Assembly: GCA_043101425.1 (NCBI GenBank)
Contig: JBICIA010000003.1
Span: 1 to 64,000, forward strand
Origin: Phycisphaerales bacterium JB043
GTDB taxonomy: Bacteria > Planctomycetota > Phycisphaerae > Phycisphaerales > UBA1924
Length of the DNA: 64,000 bases
Direction of reading: 5' to 3'
Positions 17,079 to 27,750 of the stretch are shown piece by piece. The notes below the pieces were generated by a model. The model searched no databases, was not told where the DNA came from, and saw nothing but the letters and a program-made list of their open reading frames with translations. The first letter of the stretch is position 1; each line of letters opens with the position of its first letter. Both the position numbers and the translations under genes were made by a program.

Positions 17079-18041
17079 ATGCGACTATCTCATAGTGTTC
17101 TTGTGCTGCTTCTGTCTCTGGCCTGCGCGTTGGGCGCACGCGCGCAGGAGCGTCTGTCGATCGTGTGCACGATCAGCCAGGTTGGCGACGCGGTCGCGCA
17201 GATCGGCGGCGATCGTGCGGATGTCGTGACGCTGATGGGTCAGGGTGTGGATCCGCACCTGTACAAGCCGACGCGCTCCGACATGGTGGCGATGCGCCGC
17301 GCGGACATCGTGTTCGCCAACGGGCTGCTGCTGGAGGGCAAGATGACCGACGCGCTGCTGCGCCTGCGCGAGGCGGGCAAGCCGGTGGTGTTCGTGGCGG
17401 AGTCGGTCGACGCTGAGCATCTGCTGCACCCGGAGTATTTCGAGGGCGCGTCGGACCCGCACGTGTGGATGGATCCGGGGCTGTGGGCGGAGTGTGTCGA
17501 GGCCATCGCCTCGGCGCTCGCAGAGCAGGATCCGGGGCACGCTTCGGAGTACGAGGCGAATGCTAGGGCGTACATCGAGAGGGTCCGCGAGCTGGACGCG
17601 TACGCGGAGCGTGTGATGTCGACGGTTGCGGACGACATGCGTGTGCTGATCACGGCGCATGACGCTTTCAATTACTTCGGGCGTCGGTTCGGTCTGGAGG
17701 TGATGGGCATACAGGGGATCTCGACGGAGTCGGAGGCGGGGGTTCGCGAGATCGAGCAGCTCGTGGACGTGCTCGTGGAGCGGAACATTCCTGCGGTGTT
17801 CATGGAGTCGACGGTGTCGGAGCGGAACGTGCGGGCGTTGATCGCCGGGGCGCGTGCGCGCGGGCACAGCGTGTCGCTGGGTGCGAGCCTGTTCTCCGAC
17901 GCGATGGGCGCGCCGGGGACGTACGAGGGCACGTACATCGGGATGCTGGATCACAACGTCACGTCGATCGTGCGCGCGCTGGGTGGTGAGGCGCCGTCGG
18001 GGGGGATGCACGGGCGTCTGGCGATGGACGGGGGTGATTGA
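17079..18041 (+). CDS. Metal (Mn/Zn/Fe) ABC transporter substrate-binding protein, TroA/ZnuA/YtgA family
   Basis: Signal peptide [23 protein letters not shown]. Motifs [11 protein letters not shown] and [16 protein letters not shown] 9 nt upstream of ATG 17079. Confidence 0.85.
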   Translation: MRLSHSVLVLLLSLACALGARAQERLSIVCTISQVGDAVAQIGGDRADVVTLMGQGVDPHLYKPTRSDMVAMRRADIVFANGLLLEGKMTDALLRLREAGKPVVFVAESVDAEHLLHPEYFEGASDPHVWMDPGLWAECVEAIASALAEQDPGHASEYEANARAYIERVRELDAYAERVMSTVADDMRVLITAHDAFNYFGRRFGLEVMGIQGISTESEAGVREIEQLVDVLVERNIPAVFMESTVSERNVRALIAGARARGHSVSLGASLFSDAMGAPGTYEGTYIGMLDHNVTSIVRALGGEAPSGGMHGRLAMDGGD

Positions 18042-18868
18042 TGGGCACGTTCCCCGCGCACAGGGCGCGCGTGCCGGACTCGCTGGACGTGCTGCCCGAG
18101 CACTCGGCGACGAGTCCGCTGTCGGTGCACGACATGACCGTGGCCTACAACCGGCGCCCGGTGTTGTGGGACGTTGATTACGACGCGCCGAACGCGTCGC
18201 TGATCGCGATCGTGGGTCCGAACGGCGCGGGCAAGTCGACGTTCCTGAAGGCGTCGCTGGGGCTGCTGGCGCTGGCGTCCGGTCGCGTGGAGGTGTTCGG
18301 CAAGCCGGTGCGCGCGCAGCGGTCGAGGATCGGCTACGTGCCGCAGCGTGAGAGCGTGGACTGGGATTTCCCCGTCAGCGCGCTGGATGTTGTTGCGATG
18401 GGTCGGTATCGGGCTATCGGGTGGTGCCGTCGTGTGTCGCGCCCGCATCGCGAGGCGGCGCTGGAGTGTCTGGAGCGTGTGGGGATGCGCGAGTACGCGT
18501 CGCGCCAGATCAGCCAGCTCTCGGGCGGGCAGCAGCAGCGTGTGTTCCTGGCGCGGGCGCTGGCGCAGGACGCGGAGCTGTATTTCATGGACGAGCCGTT
18601 CGCCGGCGTCGACGCGGCGACGGAGCGAGCGATCGTGGAGGTGTTGCGTGAGTTGCGGGGCCAGGGCAAGACGGTGATCTGCGTGCATCACGATCTGCAG
18701 ACGGTGGCGGAGTACTTCCAGCACGTGCTGCTGCTGAACACGCGCGTGGTGGCGTCGGGTCCGGTGGAGACGACGTTCACGAAGGAGAACCTGCACAGGA
18801 CGTACGGCGGGCGCCTGACGCTGCTGGACGAGGCGGCGCACGCGCTGGCGCGGAGCGGGTCGATGTGA
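18038..18868 (+). CDS. Metal ABC transporter ATP-binding protein (TroB/ZnuC/YtgB-like)
   Basis: Walker [10 protein letters not shown]. Signature [15 protein letters not shown]. Walker [13 protein letters not shown]. Start overlaps the upstream stop. Confidence 0.9.
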   Translation: MMGTFPAHRARVPDSLDVLPEHSATSPLSVHDMTVAYNRRPVLWDVDYDAPNASLIAIVGPNGAGKSTFLKASLGLLALASGRVEVFGKPVRAQRSRIGYVPQRESVDWDFPVSALDVVAMGRYRAIGWCRRVSRPHREAALECLERVGMREYASRQISQLSGGQQQRVFLARALAQDAELYFMDEPFAGVDAATERAIVEVLRELRGQGKTVICVHHDLQTVAEYFQHVLLLNTRVVASGPVETTFTKENLHRTYGGRLTLLDEAAHALARSGSM

Positions 18869-20241
18869 TGATGGGTGTGCTCGCCCAGACCAGCGCGACG
18901 TGGACGGAGGTCCTCGAGATCCTGACGTTCCGCTCGGGTTGGAACGCGGGCGTGGTGCTGATCGGTACGACGATGCTGGGTATCAGCGCGGGCCTGATCG
19001 GCACGTTCTCGCTGCTGCGGAATCGGGCGCTGATGGGCGACGCGCTGAGCCACGCCACGCTTCCGGGCGTGTGCGTGATGTTCATGGTGCTTGTGGCGCT
19101 GGGGCACTCTGGGCGTTCCGTTGGGCTGCTGCTGCTGGGGGCGGCGGCGTCGGGCATCGTGGGGGTGCTGACGGTGCAGGCGATCACGAGATTCAGCCGG
19201 GTGCGCGAGGACGCGGCGATCGGGATCGTGCTGAGCGTGTTCTTTGGTGTGGGGGTCGTGCTGCTGTCGCGCATCCAGTCGATGCAGGTGGGCACGCAGG
19301 GCGGGCTGAGTCACTTCATTCTTGGGCAGACGGCGGGGATGAGCTCGCGTGACGCGGCGATCATGGGCGTGGTGGCGGTGCTGTCGATGGCCAGCTCGCT
19401 GCTGCTGCTCAAGGAGTTCCGGGTCATTTGCTTCGATCGCGTCTTTGCGCAGGCGCAGGGATGGCCCGTGCAGATGCTCGACCTGCTGCTGATGGGGCTG
19501 GTGGTCGTGGTGACGGTGGTGGGCATCCAGGCGGTGGGGATGCTGCTCATCGTTGCGTTGCTGATCATCCCGCCTGCCGCGGCGCGGTTCTGGACGGATC
19601 GGCTGGTCGTGATGGTGGTTCTGAGCGGTGTGATCGGTGGCGTGAGCGGGTACCTGGGAGTGGTGGCGTCGAGCGTGTGGTCGGACATGCCGGCGGGAGC
19701 GGTGATCGTGCTCGTCTCGGGCGCGATCTTTCTCGTGAGCTTCGTGCTGGCGCCGCGTCGCGGGGTGATCGCCAACGTGGTCGCCCATCTTCGTCTTCGG
19801 GTTCGCATCGCGTGCGACCACGTGCTGCGATTGATGCTCGAGTCCACGGGTGTCGAGCGGGATGCGAGTAAGGTCACCGATCGGCGGGTGCATGTGTCGC
19901 AGATCGAGCGGGCGCGCGTGTGGTCGGCGCTCACACTCCGGCTGACGCTCTGGCTGCTGCGTCTGAGAGGCCTGCTGCGACGCGAGGGCGCCTATCTGGC
20001 GTTGACTCGCGCGGGTGCGGTCGACGCGGAGCGTGTGACGAGGAACCACAGGCTGTGGGAGCGCTTCCTGGTGACGCACGCGGATCTTGCGGTCTCGCAT
20101 GTTGATCGCGCGGCTGACATGGTCGAGCACGTGCTCTCGCCTGAGATGGTGGCGCGACTCGAGCGGGAGGTGTCGCTGGATGGGGCGATGCCTGTGAGCG
20201 TGCACGAGATCTCGCACGAGCCCTCGGAGGGTGGTGCGTAA
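18868..20241 (+). CDS. Metal ABC transporter permease fused to a C-terminal DtxR/MntR-like repressor domain (YtgC-YtgR-like)
   Basis: Residues 1-~300 are a TroC/ZnuB-type 8-TM permease. The C-terminal ~150 aa resemble a DtxR HTH plus metal-binding/dimerisation domain (ALTRAGAVDAERVTRNHRLWERFLVTHADLAVSHVDRAADMVEHVLSPEMVARLE; compare DtxR [41 protein letters not shown]). Confidence 0.8.
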   Translation: MMGVLAQTSATWTEVLEILTFRSGWNAGVVLIGTTMLGISAGLIGTFSLLRNRALMGDALSHATLPGVCVMFMVLVALGHSGRSVGLLLLGAAASGIVGVLTVQAITRFSRVREDAAIGIVLSVFFGVGVVLLSRIQSMQVGTQGGLSHFILGQTAGMSSRDAAIMGVVAVLSMASSLLLLKEFRVICFDRVFAQAQGWPVQMLDLLLMGLVVVVTVVGIQAVGMLLIVALLIIPPAAARFWTDRLVVMVVLSGVIGGVSGYLGVVASSVWSDMPAGAVIVLVSGAIFLVSFVLAPRRGVIANVVAHLRLRVRIACDHVLRLMLESTGVERDASKVTDRRVHVSQIERARVWSALTLRLTLWLLRLRGLLRREGAYLALTRAGAVDAERVTRNHRLWERFLVTHADLAVSHVDRAADMVEHVLSPEMVARLEREVSLDGAMPVSVHEISHEPSEGGA

Positions 20242-21617
20242 TGATCACGATGGAAGACTTCCTCCAGATCGACTTGCCGGCGCTGCTGAGCGCGATGTTC
20301 GCGTGCGTGGCGTGCGGTGTGTTGGGGAATCTGCTGGTGCTGCGTCGCCAGAGCCTGATGGGCGACGCCGTGGCGCACGTGGTGCTGCCGGGCATCGTGG
20401 TGGCATTCCTGCTGTCGGGCTCGCGCTCGCCCTGGGTGATGGTGCTGGGTGCGACGATCTCCTCGCTGGTGGCGGTCGTGCTGATCGACACGATCCGTCG
20501 ATTCGGGCGTCTGGAGAGCGGCGCGTCGATGGGCGTGGTGTTCTCGATCCTCTTTGCGTTGGGCGTGGTGCTGCTGGAGCAGGCGGCGCTGGAGAACGTG
20601 GATCTCGACGCCGACTGCGTGCTGTACGGTCAGCTCGAGGACATCATGTGGCTGACGCCGACGTCGTTGGGGTCGCTGCTCACTGGTGAGGCGTGGAGCG
20701 ATGCGCCGCGCGAGATGGTGACGCTCGGGGTGCTGACGCTTGTGTCGCTGGCGTTTGTGGTCGTATTCTTCAAAGAGCTTGCCATCACGATGTTCGATGG
20801 CGCGCTGGCGACCACGCAGGGGATCCATGCGGGCCTGGTGCGCACGGTCTCGATGGTGCTGATCGCGATCGCGGCTGTGACCTCCTTCGAGGCGGTGGGT
20901 TCGATCCTGGTGATCGCGATGTTCATCTGCCCGGCCGCGACGGCGCGGATGATGACGGACCGCCTCCGCACGCAGCTCGTGCTCTCGGTGCTGATCGCGG
21001 GGTGGACTGGTCTAGCAGGCTACGTGCTCGCGGCGTTCGGGCCGATGGTGGCGCACTCGTGGGGGCTGATCGAGTGGAACCACTCGCTGCTGGCTTCCGG
21101 GATGATCGCGACGCTTGGTGGTGTGCAGGTGGCGCTGGCGATCGTGCTGGCACCGAGGCATGGCGTGGTGTCGCGCTGGCTGCGCACGATGGGGCTTGCC
21201 GTGCAGGTGGCGCGCGAGGACCTGCTGGCGTTGCTGTATCGCGCCGAGGAGTCGGGGAGCGGGAGCGTCGAGGCGGATGCCGCGTTTGGTGCGGTGCGCG
21301 CTGGAGTTGGCTCGAAGCTCGCCACACGCCTGGCGCTGCGCCAGACGCGTCGTCGTGGTCTGGTGCGTTCGGATGGAGGGCGTCTGGAGCTGAGCGAGGA
21401 CGGGCGCGTCGTGGCGCGCGGGCTTGTGCGCACGCATCGCCAGTGGGAGAGCTATCTGGTCAGCGAGTTGGGGTTGCGACCGGACCACGTGCACCGACCG
21501 GCGATGGATCTGGAGCACGTCACCGACGAGCGCATGCACGAGGAGCTCGACCGGCGCGCCGGGGACGTGGATCCGCACGGGAAACCGATTCCCCGCACCG
21601 GAGAGTCAGCGGGATAG
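20241..21617 (+). CDS. Second metal ABC transporter permease, also fused to a C-terminal DtxR-like domain
   Basis: TroD/YtgD-type permease followed by GLVRSDGGRLELSEDGRVVARGLVRTHRQWESYLVSELGLRPDHVHRPAMDLEHVTDERMHEEL. ATG overlaps the upstream stop (TAATG). Confidence 0.8.
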   Translation: MITMEDFLQIDLPALLSAMFACVACGVLGNLLVLRRQSLMGDAVAHVVLPGIVVAFLLSGSRSPWVMVLGATISSLVAVVLIDTIRRFGRLESGASMGVVFSILFALGVVLLEQAALENVDLDADCVLYGQLEDIMWLTPTSLGSLLTGEAWSDAPREMVTLGVLTLVSLAFVVVFFKELAITMFDGALATTQGIHAGLVRTVSMVLIAIAAVTSFEAVGSILVIAMFICPAATARMMTDRLRTQLVLSVLIAGWTGLAGYVLAAFGPMVAHSWGLIEWNHSLLASGMIATLGGVQVALAIVLAPRHGVVSRWLRTMGLAVQVAREDLLALLYRAEESGSGSVEADAAFGAVRAGVGSKLATRLALRQTRRRGLVRSDGGRLELSEDGRVVARGLVRTHRQWESYLVSELGLRPDHVHRPAMDLEHVTDERMHEELDRRAGDVDPHGKPIPRTGESAG

Positions 21618-22046
21618 ATTTCGCATGGCGCGACGCATCGCGCGGATGGTCTCGTCAGAGGCGTGGTGTTCGATTCCTTCGGCGTCGATCTCGGCCTGGG
21701 CTCGCGTCACGCCGATGGCGCGGAGGAACTCGAGGACGGTCTCGTGGCGCTGGCGGCATTTTTTTGCGAGTCTGGCGCCGGCGGTTGTGAGCTGGATTGG
21801 CTGGTAGGGGGTGCAGACGAGCAGGCCCTCGTCATCGAGCCGTCTCACGATGCGCGAGACCGTGACGTGTGAGACGCCCATCATGGAGGCCAGATCGCGG
21901 ACGCGCGCCTCGCCGCGCTCATCGATGAGTTGTGCGACGGCCTCGACGTAGTCCTCTCCGGTCTCGTCGCGGTGCGCCTTGCGCGTGGTGTGGAATCGTG
22001 CCGCCTGCGGATTGGAGTTCTGTTTCGATTTCGATGCGCTCGCCAT
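21606..22046 (-). CDS. Stand-alone DtxR/MntR-family metalloregulator (HTH plus dimerisation domain, ~147 aa)
   Basis: ARVRDLASMMGVSHVTVSRIVRRLDDEGLLVCTPYQPIQLTTAGARLAKKCRQRHETVLEFLRAIGV. The longer annotated ORF upstream of Met at 22046 is R/P-rich and discounted. Confidence 0.8.
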   Translation of the reverse strand: MASASKSKQNSNPQAARFHTTRKAHRDETGEDYVEAVAQLIDERGEARVRDLASMMGVSHVTVSRIVRRLDDEGLLVCTPYQPIQLTTAGARLAKKCRQRHETVLEFLRAIGVTRAQAEIDAEGIEHHASDETIRAMRRAMRNLSR

Positions 22047-22090
22047 GAGAGTCTTTCTGCGGGGATCGGGCATCGTACCACGAGGGCACC

Positions 22091-22918
22091 GTGGGTGTGG
22101 CGAGCGGATACCATGCCCGCATGCACGAGCGATTCGCCAGGCTTCCGAGTGCGCTGCAGCGTCAGGCGCGACGCGCGGCGATCGATGGCTCGATCCCCGC
22201 GCTGCTGGCGCATCCCGACTGGGAATCACCGACGCCGGTGGTGCTGTGGTTCCACGGCAGGACTGTGCACAAGGAGCTGGATCCCGGGCGGTACTTGCGC
22301 TGGCTGCGCTCGGGCATCGCGACGTGCGCGATCGACCTGCCGGGGCACGGCGAGCGGAAGATCGAGGGGTACGACTCGATTGACAGGACGCTCTACGTGG
22401 TTGAGCAGGCGATCGAGGAGGTGGACACGATTCTCGCGTACCTGGGGACACAGGGTGTGTTCGATCTGGAGCGAGCCGCGATCGGTGGCATGTCGGCGGG
22501 GGGCATGGTGACACTGCGTCGGTGTTGCGACGCGCACCCGTTTGTGTGCGCGAGCGTGGAGTCGACGTCGGGTGATTTCTCGTTCATGGATTACGGTGAG
22601 CGCTACGAGCGGGGGCTGATCGACTCGCTGGATCCGAGCCTGCACGTGGAGGGATGGCGCCAGATGCCGTTGCTGGCGTTGCACTCCGAGGCGGACGAGT
22701 GGGTGGCGGTGGATGGCGTGCGGAGTTTCATGGATCGCGTGCGCGAGCGTTCGGGTGATTTCGCTGATGAGGTCGTGCTCAGGACGTGGCCCGAGACCGG
22801 CGCGCCGTTCGAGCATGCGGGATTCGGGCGCGTGGCCAACGACGCCAAGAACATCCAGCTGGATTTCTTCAGGCGTCATCTGCTGGGTGTGGCGGCCGCC
22901 AACGAGGCGGAGAGCTGA
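22091..22918 (+). CDS. Alpha/beta-hydrolase (dienelactone hydrolase/esterase-like)
   Basis: Nucleophile elbow GGMSAGG, preceded by VVLWFHG and followed by a catalytic H near the C-terminus. Alternative start at 22121. Confidence 0.7.
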   Translation: MGVASGYHARMHERFARLPSALQRQARRAAIDGSIPALLAHPDWESPTPVVLWFHGRTVHKELDPGRYLRWLRSGIATCAIDLPGHGERKIEGYDSIDRTLYVVEQAIEEVDTILAYLGTQGVFDLERAAIGGMSAGGMVTLRRCCDAHPFVCASVESTSGDFSFMDYGERYERGLIDSLDPSLHVEGWRQMPLLALHSEADEWVAVDGVRSFMDRVRERSGDFADEVVLRTWPETGAPFEHAGFGRVANDAKNIQLDFFRRHLLGVAAANEAES

Positions 22919-22924
22919 TCGCTG

Positions 22925-24238
22925 GTGCTGTCGCGTCTGAACCCATTCCGTGGCCTTCCGAATCCGCGTGAGGTCTGGGCGTGGGGGATGTACGACTTCG
23001 CGAACCAGTCGTTCACGCTGCTGATCATCACGCTGCTGTTCCCGTTGTACTTCAAGAAGGTCGCGGTGACGGGCGACATGAACGCGGACTCGCTGTGGTC
23101 GATCACGTTCTCGTCGAGCATGCTGGTGGTCGTGCTGCTCTCGCCGTTCGTCGGAGCGATAGCCGACGCACGCGGGTGGAAGAAGGAGTTCCTGGTCCTC
23201 ACGGGCTTCGTGTGCATCGCGCTGACGTGCGCCTTTGCGCTGATTGGGGAGGGTGGTTGGGCGCTGGCGATGGCGCTGTTCATCCCCGCGAACATCTGCT
23301 ACCAGATGGGGGAGAACTTCCTGGCGTCGTTCCTGCCGGAGATCTCGGAGACGAGGACGATCGGGCGGATCAGCGCGACGGGGTGGACGATGGGGTACGT
23401 CGGTGCGCTGTGCCTGCTCGTGATCACGGCGGTGATGATGGAGCTGCTTGGCATGACGAGCGAGGCGGACTGGGGGCCGCTGTTCGTGTTCGCGGGGATG
23501 TGGTTCCTGGTGGGGATGATCGCGTCGTTGCTGTATCTGAGGGATCGGGCTCCGAAGCGTGAGGCGTCCTCGATTGGGAAGGTCGTCGGCGATGCGTTGG
23601 TGCGGATGCGGGAGACGATTGCGCAGGCGTCGCATTTCGGGCAGCTGGCGAGATTCTTCATCGCGTTCTTCATCTACGCGATGGGTGTGCAGACGATGAT
23701 CGCGTTCGCATCGATCATCGCCAATGACTTTGGCTTCACGCAGGTCAAGCTGGTGCTGTTCGTGCTGCAGTTGACGGTGACCGCGGGGATTGGGTCGGTG
23801 GTGACGCTGCTGATCCAGGATCGCATCGGCATCAAGCGTTGCCTGCTGATATTCCTGGGAGTGTGGGTGCTCACGTGCGCGGGGATGTCGGTGTTGACGA
23901 TTCCCAGCGATCCGCCCGAGTGGATGTTCTGGGTGGTGGGCAACGGTGTGGGGCTTGGGCTTGGCGGCATCGGGACGTCCAGCCGCGCGATGGTGGGGCG
24001 GTTCACGCCCAGGCAGAAGACGGCGGAGTTCTTCGGGCTCTGGGGAATGGTCTACAAGGGTGCGGGTGTGGTTGGCGTGTTCGTCTTCGGGCAGGTGAAG
24101 GTGATAGACGACACGGTGGCGCTGGCGATGCTGGCGGTGTTCTTCCTGGTCGGGTTGGTGATGGTGCTGATGGTCTCGGAGGCCAGGGGGTATCGCGCGG
24201 CGAGGCAGTCGCAGCGGGACTACGAGCGCCAGGACTGA
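22925..24238 (+). CDS. MFS transporter, UMF1 (Atg22-like) family
   Basis: UMF1 N-terminal motif [15 protein letters not shown] and ~12 hydrophobic segments. Confidence 0.8.
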   Translation: MLSRLNPFRGLPNPREVWAWGMYDFANQSFTLLIITLLFPLYFKKVAVTGDMNADSLWSITFSSSMLVVVLLSPFVGAIADARGWKKEFLVLTGFVCIALTCAFALIGEGGWALAMALFIPANICYQMGENFLASFLPEISETRTIGRISATGWTMGYVGALCLLVITAVMMELLGMTSEADWGPLFVFAGMWFLVGMIASLLYLRDRAPKREASSIGKVVGDALVRMRETIAQASHFGQLARFFIAFFIYAMGVQTMIAFASIIANDFGFTQVKLVLFVLQLTVTAGIGSVVTLLIQDRIGIKRCLLIFLGVWVLTCAGMSVLTIPSDPPEWMFWVVGNGVGLGLGGIGTSSRAMVGRFTPRQKTAEFFGLWGMVYKGAGVVGVFVFGQVKVIDDTVALAMLAVFFLVGLVMVLMVSEARGYRAARQSQRDYERQD

Positions 24239-24266
24239 GTCCGCGAGCCAGCGCTATACTGGTGGC

Positions 24267-25490
24267 ATGACAACGCTCTCGAACGTTCCCGATGCTCATG
24301 GACGGTTTGGTGCCTTTGGTGGGTCGTACGTGCCCGAGACGCTCGTGCCGGCGCTGGAGCAGCTGCGCGCGGAGTACGACGACGCGCGGGAAGATGCGTC
24401 ATTCCAGAAAGCGCTCGACGATCTGCTGCGTGACTTCGTGGGGCGTCCGACGCCGCTGTACAAGGGCGAGCGCCTGACCCAGCACGTGCGTGCGCATTGT
24501 GGTGCCGATCGTGGGGCGACGATATGGCTCAAGCGTGAGGATCTGGCGCACACGGGGGCGCACAAGATCAACAACACGCTGGGGCAGGCGCTGCTGGCAC
24601 AGCGGATGGGCAAGCAACGCGTGATCGCCGAGACGGGGGCTGGGCAGCATGGCGTGGCGACGGCGACGGCGTGCGCGCACCTCGGGATCGAGTGCGAGGT
24701 GTACATGGGCTCGGAGGACGCGCGACGCCAGCACATGAATGTCGTGCGGATGCGGCTTCTTGGAGCGAGTGTCGTGGAGGTGGACTCGGGCTCGAGGACG
24801 CTGAAGGACGCGACGAACGAGGCGATGCGCGACTGGATGGGGTCGGTGGAGCACACGCATTACATCCTCGGGTCGGTCGTTGGGCCGCACCCGTTCCCGA
24901 TGATGGTGCGAGATTTTCAATCGGTGATCGGGCGAGAGACGAGGAATCAATGCGACGACGCGTTCGGTGCGTTGCCCGATGCGATCGTGGCGTGCGTGGG
25001 TGGTGGCTCGAACGCGGCGGGGATCTTCGCGCCGTTCATCGATGACACGGGCGTGCGTCTCGTGGGAGTCGAGGCCGGTGGCACGGGGAACGACATCGGG
25101 AATCACGCGGCGCCGCTGGCGTACGGCACGCCGGGTGTGCTGCATGGATCGTTGTCGTACGTGCTGCAGACGCACGACGGGCAGACGATGCCGGTGCACT
25201 CGTGCTCGGCGGGGCTGGACTACCCGGGTGTCGGGCCCGAGCACAGCTACTGGAAGGACTCGGGGCGCGTGGAGTACACGTCGGTGAGCGACGAGGAGGC
25301 GCTGGAGGCGCTGACGCTGCTGTCGCGCACGGAGGGGATCATCCCGGCGCTCGAGAGCGCGCACGCGGTGGCGCACGCGGTCGTGCTGGCTGGCTGGATG
25401 GAGCGCGCGCAGACGCTGGTGATCAATGTGTCGGGGCGTGGCGACAAGGACGTGGACGAGGCGGCGCGATTGCTGGGGATGGGGGGCTAG
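24267..25490 (+). CDS. trpB: Tryptophan synthase beta chain
   Basis: [77 protein letters not shown]. Near co-linear with E. coli TrpB. Confidence 0.95.
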   Translation: MTTLSNVPDAHGRFGAFGGSYVPETLVPALEQLRAEYDDAREDASFQKALDDLLRDFVGRPTPLYKGERLTQHVRAHCGADRGATIWLKREDLAHTGAHKINNTLGQALLAQRMGKQRVIAETGAGQHGVATATACAHLGIECEVYMGSEDARRQHMNVVRMRLLGASVVEVDSGSRTLKDATNEAMRDWMGSVEHTHYILGSVVGPHPFPMMVRDFQSVIGRETRNQCDDAFGALPDAIVACVGGGSNAAGIFAPFIDDTGVRLVGVEAGGTGNDIGNHAAPLAYGTPGVLHGSLSYVLQTHDGQTMPVHSCSAGLDYPGVGPEHSYWKDSGRVEYTSVSDEEALEALTLLSRTEGIIPALESAHAVAHAVVLAGWMERAQTLVINVSGRGDKDVDEAARLLGMGG

Positions 25491-26518
25491 TGGAACGACG
25501 GGTCGCGCGTCGAGATGTTGGCGGCGTGGCGTGAGAGCGACGTGCCGCGTCGCCAGAGCAGCGCGAACAGAGCGTTGAAGACGAGCACACCCGCGAGTGC
25601 GAGGATGAGCGGTGTGCCGCGCACACTGTCATATTCGACGATCCAGACGAACTGTCCGAGGCAAAGAATGGAGACGAAGACGAGGGTGAACGTGCGCGGT
25701 ATGAGCAGCACCATGAGGGCGCCGAAGGGGGCTCCGATGGCGACGACGGGTGCCGCGGCGAGCCAGTAGGCGAAGATGTCGCTGTCCATCTGTCCGAGCA
25801 GCGCGTGCGAGAGGGTGCCGAGGAGTGATGTGTAGGTCATCGCGATGACGCTGGTGGGGATGGCGATCTTGAGGTCGGCCCGATAGAGAAGGACGAGCAC
25901 GCAGTAGGCCATCATGTCGATGCCGACGCCGACGATGGCGGCGGCCAGCCCGCCGAGGATGCCGACGCTGATGCCGATCTCACGGTCGAAGCTTGTGGAT
26001 GTTCTCGAGATGCCCTTTGCGCTGACGATGGCGCGGAGCTTGACGAGGTGCATGATGCCGAAGCTTGCCCAGATGACGGCGAAGATGAGCTTGATGACCA
26101 TGTCGTCGAGTCGTGGGGCGACGAGCCAGGCGCCGAGTGGTGTGCCGAGCGTCGAGCCGATGAGCGTCCATTTCAGGAGGGTCCACTCGACGGGGGCGCG
26201 CCGTGCCAGGAGGAAGATGGTTGCGCTGGTCATGCCGATGGACTGAATGGCCAGTGAGAACCCACGTCCGATGGTGGCGGGCTCGTTGAGCAGCAGGACG
26301 AGCGCGGGGAAGCCGACGGCGCCGCCTCCGAGAGGGGTGGAGCCGGCGACGTAGGAGCCGACGACCATTGCCGCGGCGGCCTCCCAGTGGTTCAGCGCCT
26401 CGCGCCAGAGGTCCTCGGTGCCGACGATGATGAGCCACACGATGTAGAAGGCGCTGAGCCAGGCTGTGAAGACGGGGGGGAACCACTCCGCGGCTCGTGT
26501 CAGGAAGCGATGTGGCAC
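25487..26518 (-). CDS. TauE/SafE (DUF81) family anion exporter membrane protein
   Basis: Multi-TM protein with duplicated halves and GxxxG-rich helices ([26 protein letters not shown]). Convergent 4-bp overlap with trpB. Confidence 0.75.
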   Translation of the reverse strand: MPHRFLTRAAEWFPPVFTAWLSAFYIVWLIIVGTEDLWREALNHWEAAAAMVVGSYVAGSTPLGGGAVGFPALVLLLNEPATIGRGFSLAIQSIGMTSATIFLLARRAPVEWTLLKWTLIGSTLGTPLGAWLVAPRLDDMVIKLIFAVIWASFGIMHLVKLRAIVSAKGISRTSTSFDREIGISVGILGGLAAAIVGVGIDMMAYCVLVLLYRADLKIAIPTSVIAMTYTSLLGTLSHALLGQMDSDIFAYWLAAAPVVAIGAPFGALMVLLIPRTFTLVFVSILCLGQFVWIVEYDSVRGTPLILALAGVLVFNALFALLWRRGTSLSRHAANISTRDPSFH

Positions 26519-26576
26519 TCTGCGTGCTCCTGCGGGGGTGTGCTCGTGGGCCTATCGTGTGGGAAGGAGATTCTGC

Positions 26577-27020
26577 ATGTCGGTGACAGTATCCATCGGC
26601 CCGACGGGGTTCACATCCGAAGTGCGCACGGGCGATCACGCCATGCTGGCGGACGAGCCGGTGTCGCTGGGCGGCGCCAACAAGGGCGCGACGCCCTTCG
26701 AGCTCCTGCTCGCCTCGCTGGGCGCGTGCACGGTGATGACGCTGAGGATGTACGCGGACCGGAAGGGGTGGCCACTGGAGGGCGTCCGCTGCTCGCTGGA
26801 GCACGCGCGGATCCCGGCGCGCGACTGCGAGACGTGCGAGTCGAGCGAGGGGATCGTCACCACGATTTCGCGTACAGTGGATCTGCACGGGAGTCTCAGC
26901 GGGGATCAACGCGAGCGACTGCTCGAGATCGCTGAGAGGTGCCCCGTCCATCGTGCGCTGACAGGTGAGATCCACATCCGGACAACGTCCGGAGCAACCG
27001 GCACGGAGGCTCACACATGA
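26577..27020 (+). CDS. OsmC/Ohr-family peroxiredoxin-like protein
   Basis: GGANKGATPFELLLASLGACTVMTL with the conserved Cys, and ERCPVHRAL near the C-terminus. Confidence 0.8.
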   Translation: MSVTVSIGPTGFTSEVRTGDHAMLADEPVSLGGANKGATPFELLLASLGACTVMTLRMYADRKGWPLEGVRCSLEHARIPARDCETCESSEGIVTTISRTVDLHGSLSGDQRERLLEIAERCPVHRALTGEIHIRTTSGATGTEAHT

Positions 27021-27748
27021 CACCCGCGGATTTCGACGCGTACACGTTCGACTGCTACGGCACGATCATCGACTGGGAGACCGGGATCCTGACCGCGCTG
27101 CGTCCGTGGGCCGCCACGTGCGCCCTGGGTATCGACGACACGGCGCTGCTCGAGGCGTTCGCGCGGTTCGAGCCCGATGTCGAGGGCGAGCACCCGACGA
27201 TGCCCTACCCGGACGTGCTGCGCGAGGTGCACAACCGCATGTGCGATCACTTCGGGATCACGGAGTGCGACACCGATGCGCACTCGCTGGCGTCGTCGGT
27301 CGGACACTGGCCGGCGTTCGACGACTCTCGCGAGGCGCTTGAGCGGCTCCGCTCGCTGGGCAAGAAGCTTATCGTGGTCTCGAACGTGGACCACACCTCG
27401 TTCGCGAAGTCGCAGCGCACGCTCGGCTTCGAGTTCGACGCGGTGGTTACTGCGCAGGATGTCCGCGCGTACAAGCCCGATCCGAGGATGCTCGAGGCGG
27501 GTATCCACGCGGCGCATCAGCTGGGTGTGGCGCGCGGTCGCGTGATGCACGTGGCCCAGAGCCTGTTCCACGACCACGTGCCGGCCAAGAAGATCGGCAT
27601 GACGACGTGCTGGATCGATCGACGCGGAGGCGAGGGCGGCGGTGCGACACGGGCGCCGGCGTTCGATATCACCCCTGATTTCACGTTCGAGTCGCTCGGC
27701 AGGTTCGCGGAGGCGGTGGCGCAGCACTCGACGAGCTCGGCGACCTGA
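27017..27748 (+). CDS. HAD-superfamily hydrolase (haloacid dehalogenase type II-like)
   Basis: Motif I FDCYGTIIDWE. Motif II VSNVD. K...D motifs near the C-terminus. ATGA overlap with osmC. Confidence 0.8.
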   Translation: MTPADFDAYTFDCYGTIIDWETGILTALRPWAATCALGIDDTALLEAFARFEPDVEGEHPTMPYPDVLREVHNRMCDHFGITECDTDAHSLASSVGHWPAFDDSREALERLRSLGKKLIVVSNVDHTSFAKSQRTLGFEFDAVVTAQDVRAYKPDPRMLEAGIHAAHQLGVARGRVMHVAQSLFHDHVPAKKIGMTTCWIDRRGGEGGGATRAPAFDITPDFTFESLGRFAEAVAQHSTSSAT

Positions 27749-27750
27749 CC

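Noticed and set aside
22226-23635. 469-aa minus-strand ORF antisense to the MFS transporter gene
   Set aside because: R/H/P-rich, no motifs. The sense-strand MFS gene has the UMF1 signature and hydropathy periodicity.
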